DNA of 64,000 nucleotides from assembly GCA_039621445.1 (NCBI GenBank), contig CP154954.1:37061703-37125702 (forward strand), given 5' to 3'. The notes beneath the pieces were generated by a model. It was not told the origin of the DNA, searched no databases, and was given only the letters and a program-made list of their open reading frames with translations. The position numbers and the translations under genes were made by a program. Below, one piece after another: positions 36,534-49,184 of the stretch (positions are counted from its first letter, which is position 1; each line of letters begins with the position of its first letter). The stretch is from Euglena gracilis (lineage: Eukaryota).

Positions 36534-39500
36534 GTCTTCAGTGTCCCCTGGTCGTGCGCCGCAAGCCAAAGACATATGGGGGGTGGGGGGGCGGCGCAGA
36601 CTGCGTGAGGCAGGAACAAGGCGCAAGACAGAGACGGAGACAGAGACAGAGAGAGAGGTGTCGAGTACCATGATCGATGCGATGACTACCATGGTTTGCT
36701 ACCCCGACCTGGGTGTGCATGCGTGTGCCAGCGTGCGGGTCACTCCACAAAGATGGCAAAAAAAAGGGGAAGGGGAGCTGCAAACCAACCATGGATTTGT
36801 GCGCAGTGCCACGGGGCACTGGATTTGGAGGTGTTGGGTTGTGGTAGGGCCACGTTGTGAAAGGCCGACCCAATGGAGTGGGAAAAAAATCGCCACATGG
36901 AAAAATGCAAATGTCAAAGACCAAAGTTCTCATGAAAGCAAACAGACAATATGCCCAAAATAATCCAAGAGAGCCAGCTAGCTGCAAAGCATGTTGAACA
37001 ACCAAACTTCATAAAATACAACTTGTGACAAACAATCGAATCAAAAAACTGTCATAATGATCAACTGAATATAAAAATACCACATATATTTTCAAATAAT
37101 TCAAAAAATAAAATAAAATAACAACTGAGTCAGCAACAGAAGCAACCAAAAAAATGATGGCCACAAACGACTCCCGCTGCTGCTGAATGATGGCAAATTG
37201 CAATGTCATCCACAAAAATTTTGAAAAAGCACAAAATTGTCCCACAAAATCAGGGTTGTGAGCCACAAAGTGCTTTTGGGTGTCACCACTGGTAGCCATG
37301 AAAAATTTTGGTGCTCACAGGTGAACCATGAAAATGTCACCTTGACCACACTGGACATACAAAGAGTTCATGGTGAATTGCACCATAACATCCTCTTTCC
37401 CAAACCCACCCCCCCTTTCTCCTGCCCACCCCCCTTTCACGGCACAGCAGTGGATGTCGTTTGATGCCGTAAGGTTGATGGAATAATTGCACAAAAATGA
37501 AAACCAATGGCCCATCACCATAGCCCTTTTAATCCTGCCACCATATGACGGGAGGTGCCCAGGGCTCTCAGATCAAAGAGAGGGGAACACCATGGGGAAA
37601 AACACATGGAACAAAGCAACACTAAATTGTCATTCAAAACCCCCAAAGAAGTACCCTGACATTTGCCCACAAGCTCAAGATTGACTTCACATTGTTTTCA
37701 AACCAATGAACAGGCCCTATGACCATCATGCCTCACAAAACCCTTCAAAACACCCCACTCAACTCATTGCAAACCCAATTCTTCTTGCTCCACCTGCCTG
37801 CACAAACAGACACCCCGAAATGACACCCCGGGCACGGCAAATAAAAAAGATGGTGTTGGTGAAGGTGCCGATGTTGTTGTAATCGGGGAGGGAGGGAGGG
37901 AGGGAGGGTTGGGTGGCGGCTGAGGCGATCCTGGGAGCTGTCATTCCTCCCCCGCGTGTCCAACCCCCAACCCCTTCCCCCCCCGGGGCCCTCCTGTGTG
38001 ACAGCCCCCGCCAGGCGGGGCAGTCAGGCGACAAGCGAAGGGCCGGTTGGGAAACCCGGCTACGGTGTCCCCCCCTCACCCCCCCCTACGGCCCCGCTCC
38101 CAACCGGCCCTTCTTGTGGCGGAAGGCCAAGGGGGTCCCCCGTACCCCTTGGCCGCGGTCTGCCGGTATGCCAGGCCCAGGGCCCTGGCCCAGCCGCGCT
38201 TAGTGGCGGGGGGGGGGGGGGCAGCTGGGGGGCAGCCTCGGGGGCGGCCTCCTTTCCATCTCCCGGCACATGGAGGGGGGAAGGGGCACCGCGACAGGGG
38301 GAGGGGGATGGGCAGCCCACATCCCTGTGGGCCCCCCACCAACCTGCCCCCGGGCACACGCACACACGGCTGAGCGTCACACCGTCCCCTTCAAAAAAAA
38401 AACACCCAGGAGGGGGGAAGGCTGATGGGGTGGCCCATAAACCGATGGGCCCCTCACCAACCTCCCCCATCGGCGGGGAAATGGCGCTGGGGGAGAGGGA
38501 GTGCAATCCGGTGGTCCCAAAACACGGGTGAGGGGGAAAAAGAGGCCTGGCAGATGGTGGGGGGTGGAGCTGTCCCGCTGCGGAGCTGTCCCACTGCAGA
38601 GCTGCTCCGCGGCCGCTGAGGCCTGCAAGGCAAAAAAAAAATGAGCTGCGTAACCAAGCGTTGAATCCCCATATATGCCCCCGCCCCCCGGCTTCTGTTG
38701 GAAATGCCCGGGAGATTTGTCTTTGCCATAAAAACAACATAGCAACACCCCCAGCATGTTTTGGCCCTGGCCCAGCAAAATTTTCCGGTTTTGGCCTGGT
38801 GCTGAATACCACTTCTGGCACTTTGACCTGAGCAGCTTCCAGTGATTGTTTGGTTTAATGTTCAGAGGGACGTTGAACTTTGGGCTGGACTCCACCCTTG
38901 GCAGGTTGGGGGCACCATCCACCAAAACGGCCTTCCCATGACACCCAGTGGTTGGGCCGAGTGGGTGAAATCTCCACCATTTTCCTGGTTTGATCCGTTT
39001 CTTCTTAAAACTTAGGAGCGTGGGGCAGGGGTCAGGCTGCCGGGGGAGGGGGCCATCAACCCTTTCTTGTTGCATCCTGCCTGCATCATCGCCTGGGGGG
39101 TCCACGAGCCAGCTGTGTTGCTGGACACTGGAAATAATGGACTGCCAACTGCCCCCCTCCCCCGGGGGCTTGGGGTGCCCCGCCCCGCCCGCCCGCCCCT
39201 TTCGGCACTTGGGGTGTTTTGTGCCATGCCAAAGTTTCGGCCAACCCTCTGAAAAGGCGTACTCATCCGGGGGGGGGGGGTTAGTGGACATCGGGGGTTT
39301 GTTGGACACAGGGGGGGGGGGATGCCTGTAACCTGCAACCCACACTGTGCGAAGAGAGCAAAAAAAGCATCAGACTCCCATTCTCAAACCCAAAAGAAGA
39401 CAAAAAAACAAGTACCGAGGGCAATCAACGCAAAAATGTAACCAGAACAGACACACACCATCGTGTGTCGCAGGTGGCCAGGAATCCCAGAGTGCCGGGG

Positions 39501-39624
39501 CCATAGGGACTGGGGCCCAGAATGGCGGAGGATAAGGGGGCCCAGGGTGGCCTGGGGCTGTGGCCAGGGTCACTGCGGGGGGGGGGGGGGCGCTGAGTGG
39601 TCGGGGTCACTGCGAGGGCTGAGG

Positions 39625-40116
39625 CAGGCTTCGATATAAGGACAGGTGGCGGGGGTGGGACCCCCCCTGCGGGCCAGGAGGTGGGGGGGGGAACACCCCC
39701 CCCCACCTAAACAACGGGGCGGTCCGGGTGACCGAAAATTTTTGACCCCCCAAAACGACCAAAAGTGCCGCTTTGGGCACTTTTTGGGCAAAAATTTGCC
39801 AAAATGCAAAAAAAATTCGGCGCAAAGCGCTGGAGGAAAAAACTGACCCTTTTAGGGGGAGTCCCGCCCCCCCCCCCCCTAGTTGCACTAAGGCTTCTTG
39901 TCTGTTTATGGCCGGCGCTAACTTCGCTTCTGGCCCAGTTTGCTGCGTGGTGAGTGGCCAGGGACCCCTTACGCCAGGGACCCCTCCCCCCGAGGGTCGG
40001 TCCGGAGCCCCCTGGCAGGTGGGGGGGGGTGTGGTCCGGACCCCCCTGCGGGCCAGGAGGGCGGGGGGGACACCCCCCCACCTAAACCATGTACGCCCTC
40101 CTTATATCAAACCCTG
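39625..40116. mobile_element. hAT-like MITE family G
   Basis: caggcttcgatataagga...tccttatatcaaaccctg; perfect TSD ggctgagg. Confidence 0.85.
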
Positions 40117-40307
40117 GGCTGAGGCCAGGGTGACTGTGGGGGGTCGGGGCCCAGGGGGGCCGGGTACGCTGCGGGGGCTGAGGCGGGGCTGCGGGGTAGC
40201 TGCCCCGGTGCCGCGCCGGGAACCCTCGCTCGGCCAGGGCGAGCCGAGGCCAAGCGAGGTCATCCGACACGGCCCGGGGTTGCCACGGACGCTGTGGGGG
40301 TAGGGGC

Positions 40308-40659
40308 CATACCATTGCTTAGCGACCCCCGGGGGGGAGGGGGGTCACTTTCCACTCCGAAAAAACCGGTCAGTCACTTTTTTTCGGCCAAGCCAGTCAG
40401 TCACTTTACCCCCCCGGGGGGGGGGGGTCAGCCACTCAGGAAAACCAGTCACTTTTTGGCCTTTCAAGGCCATTTTTGGCCAAAATTTTCTCCGGCGCCT
40501 TTGACGCCGGTTGGCCACTCAGCCACTTTTGGGTGATTTCTGGACTACCCCACCCCCCGGGGGGGGGTCAAGGCCAAAAAAATCAGTCAGTCACCCTGAA
40601 AAAACCAGTCAGTCACCCCCCTGGGGGGTGGGGTGGGACAGGTGTTAAACAATGGTCTG
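40308..40659. mobile_element. hAT-like MITE with cagtcagtcac repeats (also 42978-43334, 45948-46308)
   Basis: cataccattgctta/taaacaatggtctg; perfect TSD gtaggggc; empty site near 46515. Confidence 0.85.
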
Positions 40660-40738
40660 GTAGGGGCCCAGGGTGGCCGGGGCAGGTGGGGTGGGGTGGA
40701 TGGTGCATGTGGTTGTGGTGAGGGCTGTGGGCTGTGGC

Positions 40739-42343
40739 CAGGCACCTATAGTCAAGCCCAAAACTTCCTCATTTTAGGCCATTTTAGGCCATTTTAGACC
40801 ATTTAAGGCCATTTTAGGCCATTTTAGGCCATTTTAAGGTATAGGTGGGGGTTCTGAAATCATATGTTTTCGTTATTTTTGTCCCGAAAACTGTATCATA
40901 ACGTGTGCAAACCTTCTCTAATTAAGTTATAACAAAAGTACATCCAAAAAGCATGCAAAATTCATGAACACTGGATCAAAACCATGGGAAGCTCAACAAA
41001 TCTTAATTCATTCCCATAGAGGAATTCTGAACAGCAAGAATTTGCGGCAGTGAAAAATTTTCAGAAAAAAAATTTAACAAATATTAAAAGTTTTATTTGC
41101 ACTACCAGAAGGGCTCAGCTTTTTGTATTTTGGGGAAACTTAATACTGAAAAGAAAACCAAGTTATAAATAGGAGAGAATAATACACTAACCACACCCAT
41201 GCACCGTAATATATATTGTTTGATATAGCCAATTCATAAAAAAAATGCTTCTATGAATAATAAAAATATATTATTATCTTTCATAAAAAAAATCATAGTA
41301 TCAAATCATAATATCATTAGAGTTAGCACCATTATAAAAAATTTGTTATACATCATTCATTTCTTTATGATGATACATATTTAAAGAATAATTATTAAGA
41401 TCCATAATATAAACAAAAAATAAACTCCCAAAAAAACAATAAAAGGTGAAATATGTGAACCTAATCCTGTACCTATATACCAATAAAATATTTCACATTC
41501 TATCATATTTTATTTTTATCATGTTCAATTTTATCATATTCATATTTTATCATACTCAATTTAAAAATGATATGATTTAAAGTGGTCATAATAGTTATTA
41601 TTAACAATTACATAATTTATCAATACTATTTTTACTTAATATATATTTATTAATTTCTATTTCTGAACGTCATTAGAAAATATATATTAATAAAATTGAT
41701 AATAATAAAATACAATAATAAAATATAATAATAAAACCCACATTCAATATCCATATTAAACATAAAAAATTTGTATGATAATAAAATGTCCATTCATAAA
41801 AAAAATATTTTATATAAATTTCCTTAGAGAATTTATTATTAAATTTAGAAATTTATAACAATCCTTGTATTATATATTTCAATTGATATTTTCCAACATC
41901 TTTTGCGTTTCTTTTTCTGTCTTTTTCCCCGTGCTTCAAAACTTGCACTGTTTCATTATTTGTGAAACGGACCTTGTTCCGCACCGAAAAAAAAATGGGA
42001 GTAAGAAAAATAATTTTGTCCAAACCTTCAAAGTTCAGCTACCAAAAGGTTGGGGACTGTGGATTTTGGACTGATGCTACTTTTAATAGGGATAAAAACA
42101 TGGGCCTTGTGGGGCTGTGCTCCTCCACCAAATCCACTGTTCGCCGTCCACATTAACAAAAGACACCGAAAGTCATTGCCTCAATGGATTCAGTTGTTCA
42201 CAAAAAATTTTTGTGCAACAGAATTTTTTCCCTGAATGGATTCAGTTGTTCACAAAAAAATTTTGTGCAACAAAATTTTTCCCATTTTAGGCCATTTTAG
42301 GCCATTTTAGGCCATTTTAGGCCATTTTAGCTATAGGTGCCTG
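40739..42343. mobile_element. Non-autonomous hAT-like element (family H) carrying mitochondrial-like cargo
   Basis: 13-bp TIR caggcacctatag/ctataggtgcctg; perfect 8-bp TSD gctgtggc; subterminal (gccattttag)n arrays; empty site at ~46587-46600. Confidence 0.9.
41132..41506 (-). pseudogene. nad4: NUMT: nad4-like mitochondrial gene fragment (copy 1), inside AT-rich cargo ~41132-41885
   Basis: Reading TGA as Trp: MIECEIFYWYIGTGLGSHISPFIVFLGVYFLFILWILIIIL*ICIIIKKWMMYNKFFIMVLTLMILWFDTMIFFMKDNNIFLLFIEAFFLWIGYIKQYILRCMGVVSVLFSPIYNLVFFSVLSFP. One TAA and three in-frame TGA in 125 codons of very AT-rich DNA. Spacing resembles the ND4 D..LFY.FFE ... Y.L....SLP region. Gene identity is by eye only. Confidence 0.55.
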
Positions 42344-43399
42344 GCTGTGGCCATGCAGTCGGTGGCGGAGCAGCGGCAGCGGCTCGGGGATGGTGATGCA
42401 GCGGGCCCACTCACAGGCAGGCCCGTTTTCTTCTGCAAACACAGCCAGGGTTTTATGGAAAGCGCCAGATCTTTTTGAGATTTGGAGTATCCCCAAAATC
42501 GCAGTTTCAAATTTGGGCTTGGTTTGGGCTTCGTCCCACGACGGGTATTTTAGTGCTTTCCTTTTTGGAGGGACGGAAAAGGGCTGCTGGCAGGCTGGCC
42601 CCCAGAGGAGGTTAAATTTTCTGAAGGTCTTTCTGGTCCTGGTTGCAAGGCTCCACCCACTGCAACCCCCCCCCCCGAGGGTCGGTCCGGAGCCCGGGGT
42701 GTGGTCCGGACCCCCCTGCGGGCCAGGAGGGGTGGGGGGACACCCCCCCACCTAAACCATGTACGCCCTCCTTATATCAAACCCTGGGCTGAGGCCAGGG
42801 TGACTGTGGGGGGTCGGGGCCCAGGGGGGCCGGGTACGCTGCGGGGGCTGAGGCGGGGCTGCGGGGTAGCTGCCCCGGTGCCGCGCCGGGAACCCTCGCT
42901 CGGCCAGGGCGAGCCGAGGCCAAGCGAGGTCATCCGACACGGCCCGGGGTTGCCACGGACGCTGTGGGGGTTGGGGCCATACCATTGCTTAGCGACCCCC
43001 GGGGGGGAGGGGGGTCACTTTCCACTCCGAAAAAACCGGTCAGTCACTTTTTTTCGGCCAAGCCAGTCAGTCACTTTACCCCCCCCCAGGGGGGGGGGGT
43101 CAGCCACTCAGGAAAACCAGTCACTTTTTGGCCTTTCAAGGCCATTTTTGGCCAAAATTTTCTCCGGCGCCTTTGACGCCGGTTGGCCACTCAGCCACTT
43201 TTGGGTGATTTCTGGACTACCCCACCCCCCGGGGGGGGGGGGTCAAGGCCAAAAAAATCAGTCAGTCACCCTGAAAAAACCAGTCAGTCACCCCCCTGGG
43301 GGATGGGGTGGGACAGGTGTTAAACAATGGTCTGGTAGGGGCCCAGGTGGGGTGGGGTGGGTGGTCCATGTGGTTGTGGTGAGGGCTGTGGGCTGTGGC

Positions 43400-45001
43400 C
43401 AGGCACCTATAGTCAAGCCCAAAATTTCCTCATTTTAGGCCATTTTAGGCCATTTTAGACCATTTAAGGCCATTTTAGGCCATTTTAGGCCATTTTAAGG
43501 TATAGGTGGGGGTTCTGAAATCATATGTTTTCGTTATTTTTGTCCCGAAAACTGTATCATAACGTGTGCAAACCTTTTCTTATTAAGTTATAACAAAAGT
43601 ACATCCAAAAAGCATGCAAAATTCATGAACACTGGATCAAAACCATGGGAAGCTCAACAAATCTTAATTCATTCCCATAGAGGAATTCTGAACAGCAAGA
43701 ATTTGCGGCAGTGAAAAATTTTCAGAAAAAATTTTTAACAAATATTAAAAGTTTTATTTGCACTACCAGAAGGGCTCAGCTTTTTGTATTTTGGGGAAAC
43801 TTAATACTGAAAAGAAAACCAAGTTATAAATAGGAGAGAATAATACACTAACCACACCCATGCACCGTAATATATATTGTTTGATATAGCCAATTCATAA
43901 AAAAAATGCTTCTATGAATAATAAAAATATATTATTATCTTTCATAAAAAAAATCATAGTATCAAATCATAATATCATTAGAGTTAGCACCATTATAAAA
44001 AATTTGTTATACATCATTCATTTCTTTATGATGATACATATTTAAAGAATAATTATTAAGATCCATAATATAAACAAAAAATAAACTCCCAAAAAAACAA
44101 TAAAAGGTGAAATATGTGAACCTAATCCTGTACCTATATACCAATAAAATATTTCACATTCTATCATATTTTATTTTTATCATGTTCAATTTTATCATAT
44201 TCATATTTTATCATACTCAATTTAAAAATGATATGATTTAAAGTGGTCATAATAGTTATTATTAACAATTACATAATTTATCAATACTATTTTTACTTAA
44301 TATATATTTATTAATTTCTATTTCTAAATGTCATTAGTAAATATATATTAATAAAATTGATAATAATAAAATACAATAAAATATAATAATAAAACCCACA
44401 TTCAATATCCATATTAAACATAAAAAATTTGTATGATAATAAAATGTCCATTCATAAAAAAAATATTTTATATAAATTTCCTTAGAGAATTTATTATTAA
44501 ATTTAGAAATTTATAACAATCCTTGTATTATATATTTCAATTGATATTTTCCAACATCTTTTGCGTTTCTTTTTCTGTCTTTTTCCCCGTGCTTCAAAAC
44601 TTGCACTGTTTCATTGTTTGTGAAACGGACCTTGTTCCGCACCGAAAAAAAAATGCGAGTAAGAAAAATAATTTTGTCCAAACCTTCAAAGTTCAGCTAC
44701 CAAAAGGTTGGGGACTGTGGATTTTGGACTGATGCTACTTTTAATAGGGATAAAAACATGGGCCTTGTGGGGCTGTGCTCCTCCACCAAATCCACTGTTC
44801 GCCGTCCACATTAACAAAAGACACCGAAAGTCATTGCCTCAATGGATTCAGTTGTTCACAAAAAAATTTTGTGCAACAGAATTTTTTCCCTGAATGGATT
44901 CAGTTGTTCACAAAAAAATTTTGTGCAACAAAATTTTTCCCATTTTAGGCCATTTTAGGCCATTTTAGGCCATTTTAGGCCATTTTAGCTATAGGTGCCT
45001 G
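43400..45001. mobile_element. Family H element, second copy (by segmental duplication)
   Basis: Same TIRs, same TSD gctgtggc, same flanks and cargo as 40739-42343. Confidence 0.9.
43793..44167 (-). pseudogene. nad4: NUMT: nad4-like fragment (copy 2)
   Basis: Near-identical to copy 1 at an offset of 2661 bp; shares the internal TAA. Confidence 0.55.
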
Positions 45002-47700
45002 GCTGTGGCCATGCAGTCGGTGGCGGAGCAGCGGCAGCGGCTCGGGGATGGTGATGCAGCGGGCCCACTCACAGGCAGGCCCGTTTTCTTCTGCAAACAC
45101 AGCCAGGGTTTTATGGAAAGCGCCAGATCTTTTTGAGATTTGGAGGATCCCCAAAATCGCAGTTTCAAATTTGGGCTTGGTTTGGGCTTCGTCCCACGAC
45201 GGGTATTTTAGTGCTTTCCTTTTTGGAGGGATGGAAAAGGGCTGCTGGCAGGCTGGCCCCCAGAGGAGGTTAAATTTTCTGAAGGTGTTTCTGGTCCTGG
45301 TTGCAATTGAAAAACATATTTATGGTCCTTTATATATTCATCCCTCAAAAAGGAAAGCACTAAAATACCCATCGTGGGACGAAGCCCAAACCAAGCCCAC
45401 AGGGGAAAAACTTTTTGGGTTGCAAACAGAGCGTTCTTTAAACGACCACCCCAGGGGATTCAGCTCAGAAGCCGGAAAATTTGGGCTTGCTGACCCCTTC
45501 CCCCCCCCCAGGGGTCCCGGGCCGGAAAAGGGCTGCTGGCAGGCTGGCCCCCAGAGGAGGTCACATTTTCTGAAGGTCTTTCTGGTCCTGGTTGCAAGGC
45601 TCCACCCACGGCAACCCCCCCCCCCCCGAGGGTCGGTCCGGAGCCCCCTGGCAGGTGGGGGGGTGTGGTCCGGACCCCCCTGCGGGCCAGGAGGGGGGGG
45701 TGGGGGGACACCCCCCACCTAAACCATGTACGCCCTCCTTATATCAAACCCTGGGCTGAGGCCAGGGTGACTGTGGGGGGTCGGGGCCCAGGGGGGCCGG
45801 GTACGCTGCGGGGGCTGAGGCGGGCTGGCGGGGTTGTAGCTGCCCCGGTGCCGCGCCGGGAACCCTCGCTCGGCCAGGGCGAGCCGAGGCCAAGCGAGGT
45901 CATCCGACACGGCCCGGGGTTGCCACGGACGCTGTGGGGGTAGGGGCCATACCATTGCTTAGCGACCCCCGGGGGGGAGGGGGGTCACTTTCCACTCCGA
46001 AAAAACCGGTCAGTCACTTTTTTTCGGCCAAGCCAGTCAGTCACTTTACCCCCCCCCAGGGGGGGGGGTCAGCCACTCAGGAAAACCAGTCACTTTTTGG
46101 CCTTTCAAAGCCATTTTTGGCCAAAATTTTCTCCGGCGCCTTTGACGCCGGTTGGCCACTCAGCCACTTTTGGGTGATTTCTGGACTACCCCACCCCCCC
46201 GGGGGGGAGGGGGCGGTCAAGGCCAAAAAAATCAGTCAGTCACCCTGAAAAAACCAGTCAGTCACCCCCCCGGGGGGTGGGGTGGGACAGGTGTTAAGCA
46301 ATGGTCTGGTAGGGGCCCAGGGTGGCCGGGGGCTGTGGCCAGGGTGGTTGTGGGGGTCGGGGCCCAGGGGGGCCGGGTACGCTGCGGGGGCTGAGGCGGG
46401 GCTGCGGGGTAGCTGCCCCGGTGCCGCGCCGGGAACCCTCGCTCGGCCAGGGCGAGCCGAGGCCAAGCGAGGTCATCCGGACACGGCCCCGGGGTTGCCG
46501 GGGACGCTGTGGGGGTTGGGGCCCAGGGTGGCCGGGGCAGGTGGGGGTGGGGTGGGTGGTGTGGGTGGTTGTGGTGTGGGCTGTGGGCTGTGGCCATGCA
46601 GTCGGTGGCGGAGCAGCGGCAGCGTCGGGGATGGCGGTGCAGCGGGCTCACTCACAGGCAGGCCCGTTTTCTTCTGCAAACACAGCCAGGGTTTTATGGA
46701 AAGCGCCAGATCTTTTTGAGATTTGGAGTATCCCCAAAATCGCAGTTTCAAATTTGGGCTTGGTTTGGGCTTCGTCCCACAATGGGTATTTTAGCGCTTT
46801 CCTTTTTTGAGGGATGAATATATAAAAGACAATAAATATGTTTTTCAATGCAAATGTCAGGGGGAAAACTTTTTGGGTTGCAAGCAGGGCGTTCTTTAAA
46901 CGACCACCCCAGGGGATTCAGCTCAGAAGCCGGAAAATTTGGGCTGGCTGACCCCTTCCCCCCCCCCCAGGGGTCCCGGGCTGGAAAAGGGCTGCTGGCA
47001 GGCTGGCCCCCAGAGGAGGTCACATTTTCTGAAGGTCTTTCTGGTCCTGGTTGCAAGGCTCCACCCACGGCAACCCCCCTGGGGGGGGGGGTTGGACGGA
47101 GGTGCAGAACACCTTGCGTCAGAAGGGTGGGGGATGGTCTGCACCCCTCCCCCCCCCCTGCACACAAAACCAACCCAACCAGCACCCTGCCAGAGACCCA
47201 CCAAAAACAACAAAACAAAAATTGCACAGAGCATTGGCCCATTCTCTACCAATGTGTGTGTGCCAGGGCGTCGCTTAGCAACCCTGTGGGGGGGGGTCGA
47301 GTTCATTTGGGCTGGTTGGAAAAAGGCTGCTGACTGACGGACCCCCCCCCAAGAAGGGCAGGGATGAATGGGAAGCCTGGAGGGGGGTGGGATAGTGCTT
47401 AAAAAATTGTCTGCTTCCTTAATGCCGACAGGATGGGATTCAGCCTGAAATCCCATCAGGCTAGGGTTTGCCAACCCTGGGGGGGAAGGGGTGCCTCGGA
47501 ATGCCCTGGAGTGCCTGGGCAGACAGCCCCCCCCCCCCCCGGGGTCGGTGCCTGCCTGGCCGTGGACCAAAAAGCGCCCAACAGTGGGTTTTTCTGGGCA
47601 TCCGGCGCCTGAGGCACCGGAAGGGCCTTGGCCAAGTGCCCAGCCAGTTTTGGCCATGTCTACCCCCCCCCCGGGGTTGGATCTGCCTTGGGGTGCCTGC

Positions 47701-47996
47701 CAGGCTGTATTTTAGTCGGGTGCCGACCCCACCCGGGGGGGGGGGGGGTGCCTGCCTGGGCAGGCACCCCAAGGCGCTCCAAATCCGACGCCCCCAGGGG
47801 GGGCACACGGCCAAAAGTGCCCTAGCACAACCCGGGCCCGGGGAGCCAAAAATGGCCTATTTTCAAAGAAATGTGCCCGGGCACAGGCCGAAATGCGACC
47901 CCACCCCCCGGGGGGGGGGGGGTAGTGCCTGCCTGGGCAGGCACTCACAGGCACTCCGGACCCCCCCTCCCGGGGTTGGTAAAAAAAAACAGCATG
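47701..47996. mobile_element. hAT-like MITE
   Basis: caggctgt...acagcatg; perfect TSD gtgcctgc. Confidence 0.65.
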
Positions 47997-48437
47997 GTGC
48001 CTGCCCAGGCCGAGTGGGGTCGGCACCACCTTAAAAATGCAGCCTGCTTCCCATCTGAAGCGACGCCCTGGTTCCAACCCCAGCAACCCCCTCCCAGAAC
48101 CGCCGAGTCCTTTGAGCAAGGGGGAAAAAAACAGTGGCCTGGCTGAAGCTGGGGAACCGGGGGGCACTGAAGGCTGAAGGTCGAGATGTCTGGTGGGCGA
48201 CGCTGTGGTAGGCTGTGGTGGGCTGTGGCGGTGGGCGACGCTGTGGCGCAGTCGTCGGAGGCGTTGGCCAAGGGCGAGTTGACCAGCGGAGGCGTTGGCC
48301 AAGGTGGTCGGCGGAGGCAGCGTCTTCCGTCCAGGGGGCCACCACCCGCGCCAGGGGCCAGCACCACTTGGTGCCCATGGCCCTGGTGGTGGTGGGGGGG
48401 GGGGGTTGGGGGGGATTGGGGGGATTGGGGGGGGGGG

Positions 48438-49184
48438 GAGGCTTGTATGGGAATCTCCGAGGGGGGGGGACCCCTTTCCAAAACTGGGGGGGTGGGGGGA
48501 GCACTTGTGCTTATAGGGTGCCTGCCCCCCGCAGGCACCCCCCCTTAGTTGCACTAAGGCTTCTTGTCTGGCTTCTGTGTCCCCCCCCCCCGGGGGGGTC
48601 TGGGGGGACCCAGAAAATTTTCATTGAAAATGGCCTCTTCCGGGCCCCCGGCGTCTTCGGCACCAGGGTCGGAGGGGAACACCCCCCAAAAACCCCACCT
48701 CCCGGGGGGGGGGGGGGTCGGATCGGGTGCTATAGGGTGCCTGCCCCCGGCAGCGCCCCTGTGGGGTAACCCGACTAAACACAAGGCCCCCCTCCTACCT
48801 CCAGTTTTCGGTCGCTGCAAATTTCGGCCGTTTCTTCGGTCAAAAAATAATTTTTTCGAAATTTTTCGAAGTCCCGTAAGACCCAAAATAGCACCAAAAC
48901 CCCCTTTGGGGTCGTTTTTGTCCTTTCTCATAAAATTTAGCATTTTTGGAGGCCAGATGATCCAGCAAAAAAATCAATTTTTTTTCGCAATCTGTTGTCA
49001 GAGATTGTGATTTTTACCTAAATTTTCAGTCAAACTCCGGGTCGTCGGCCCGAGATTTGGGGGGGGGGTATTAATTCGGTGGCCGAAGTCGAACCCCGGG
49101 GGGGGGGGGGGGGATTATTTGGAGGGGGGGATTATTTCGGGGGAGGGTTTACCTCATGTCTGCGGAGCTTCCCATAAAACCCTG
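48438..49184. mobile_element. Dispersed copy of the MITE family that forms intron 56685-57189
   Basis: Left end aggcttgtatgggaatctc...ttccaaaactggggggg and right end catgtctgcggagcttcccataaaaccctg match the ends of 56690-57186; the interior carries other repeats. Confidence 0.7.

Larger units (their letters stand above)
39990..47078. repeat. Tandem segmental triplication (units ~39990-42675, 42676-45626, 45627-47078)
   Basis: Unit start ccgagggtcggtccggagccc and downstream sequence recur three times; unit 3 lacks the family H insertion. Confidence 0.85.

Noticed and set aside
41507-41885. Upstream continuation of the nad4-like frame
   Set aside because: Hydrophobic in several frames but interrupted by stops and short tandem repeats; no frame can be assigned by eye
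48170-48340. GC-rich island as an additional exon
   Set aside because: Contains internal direct repeats; no convincing in-frame splice partner found
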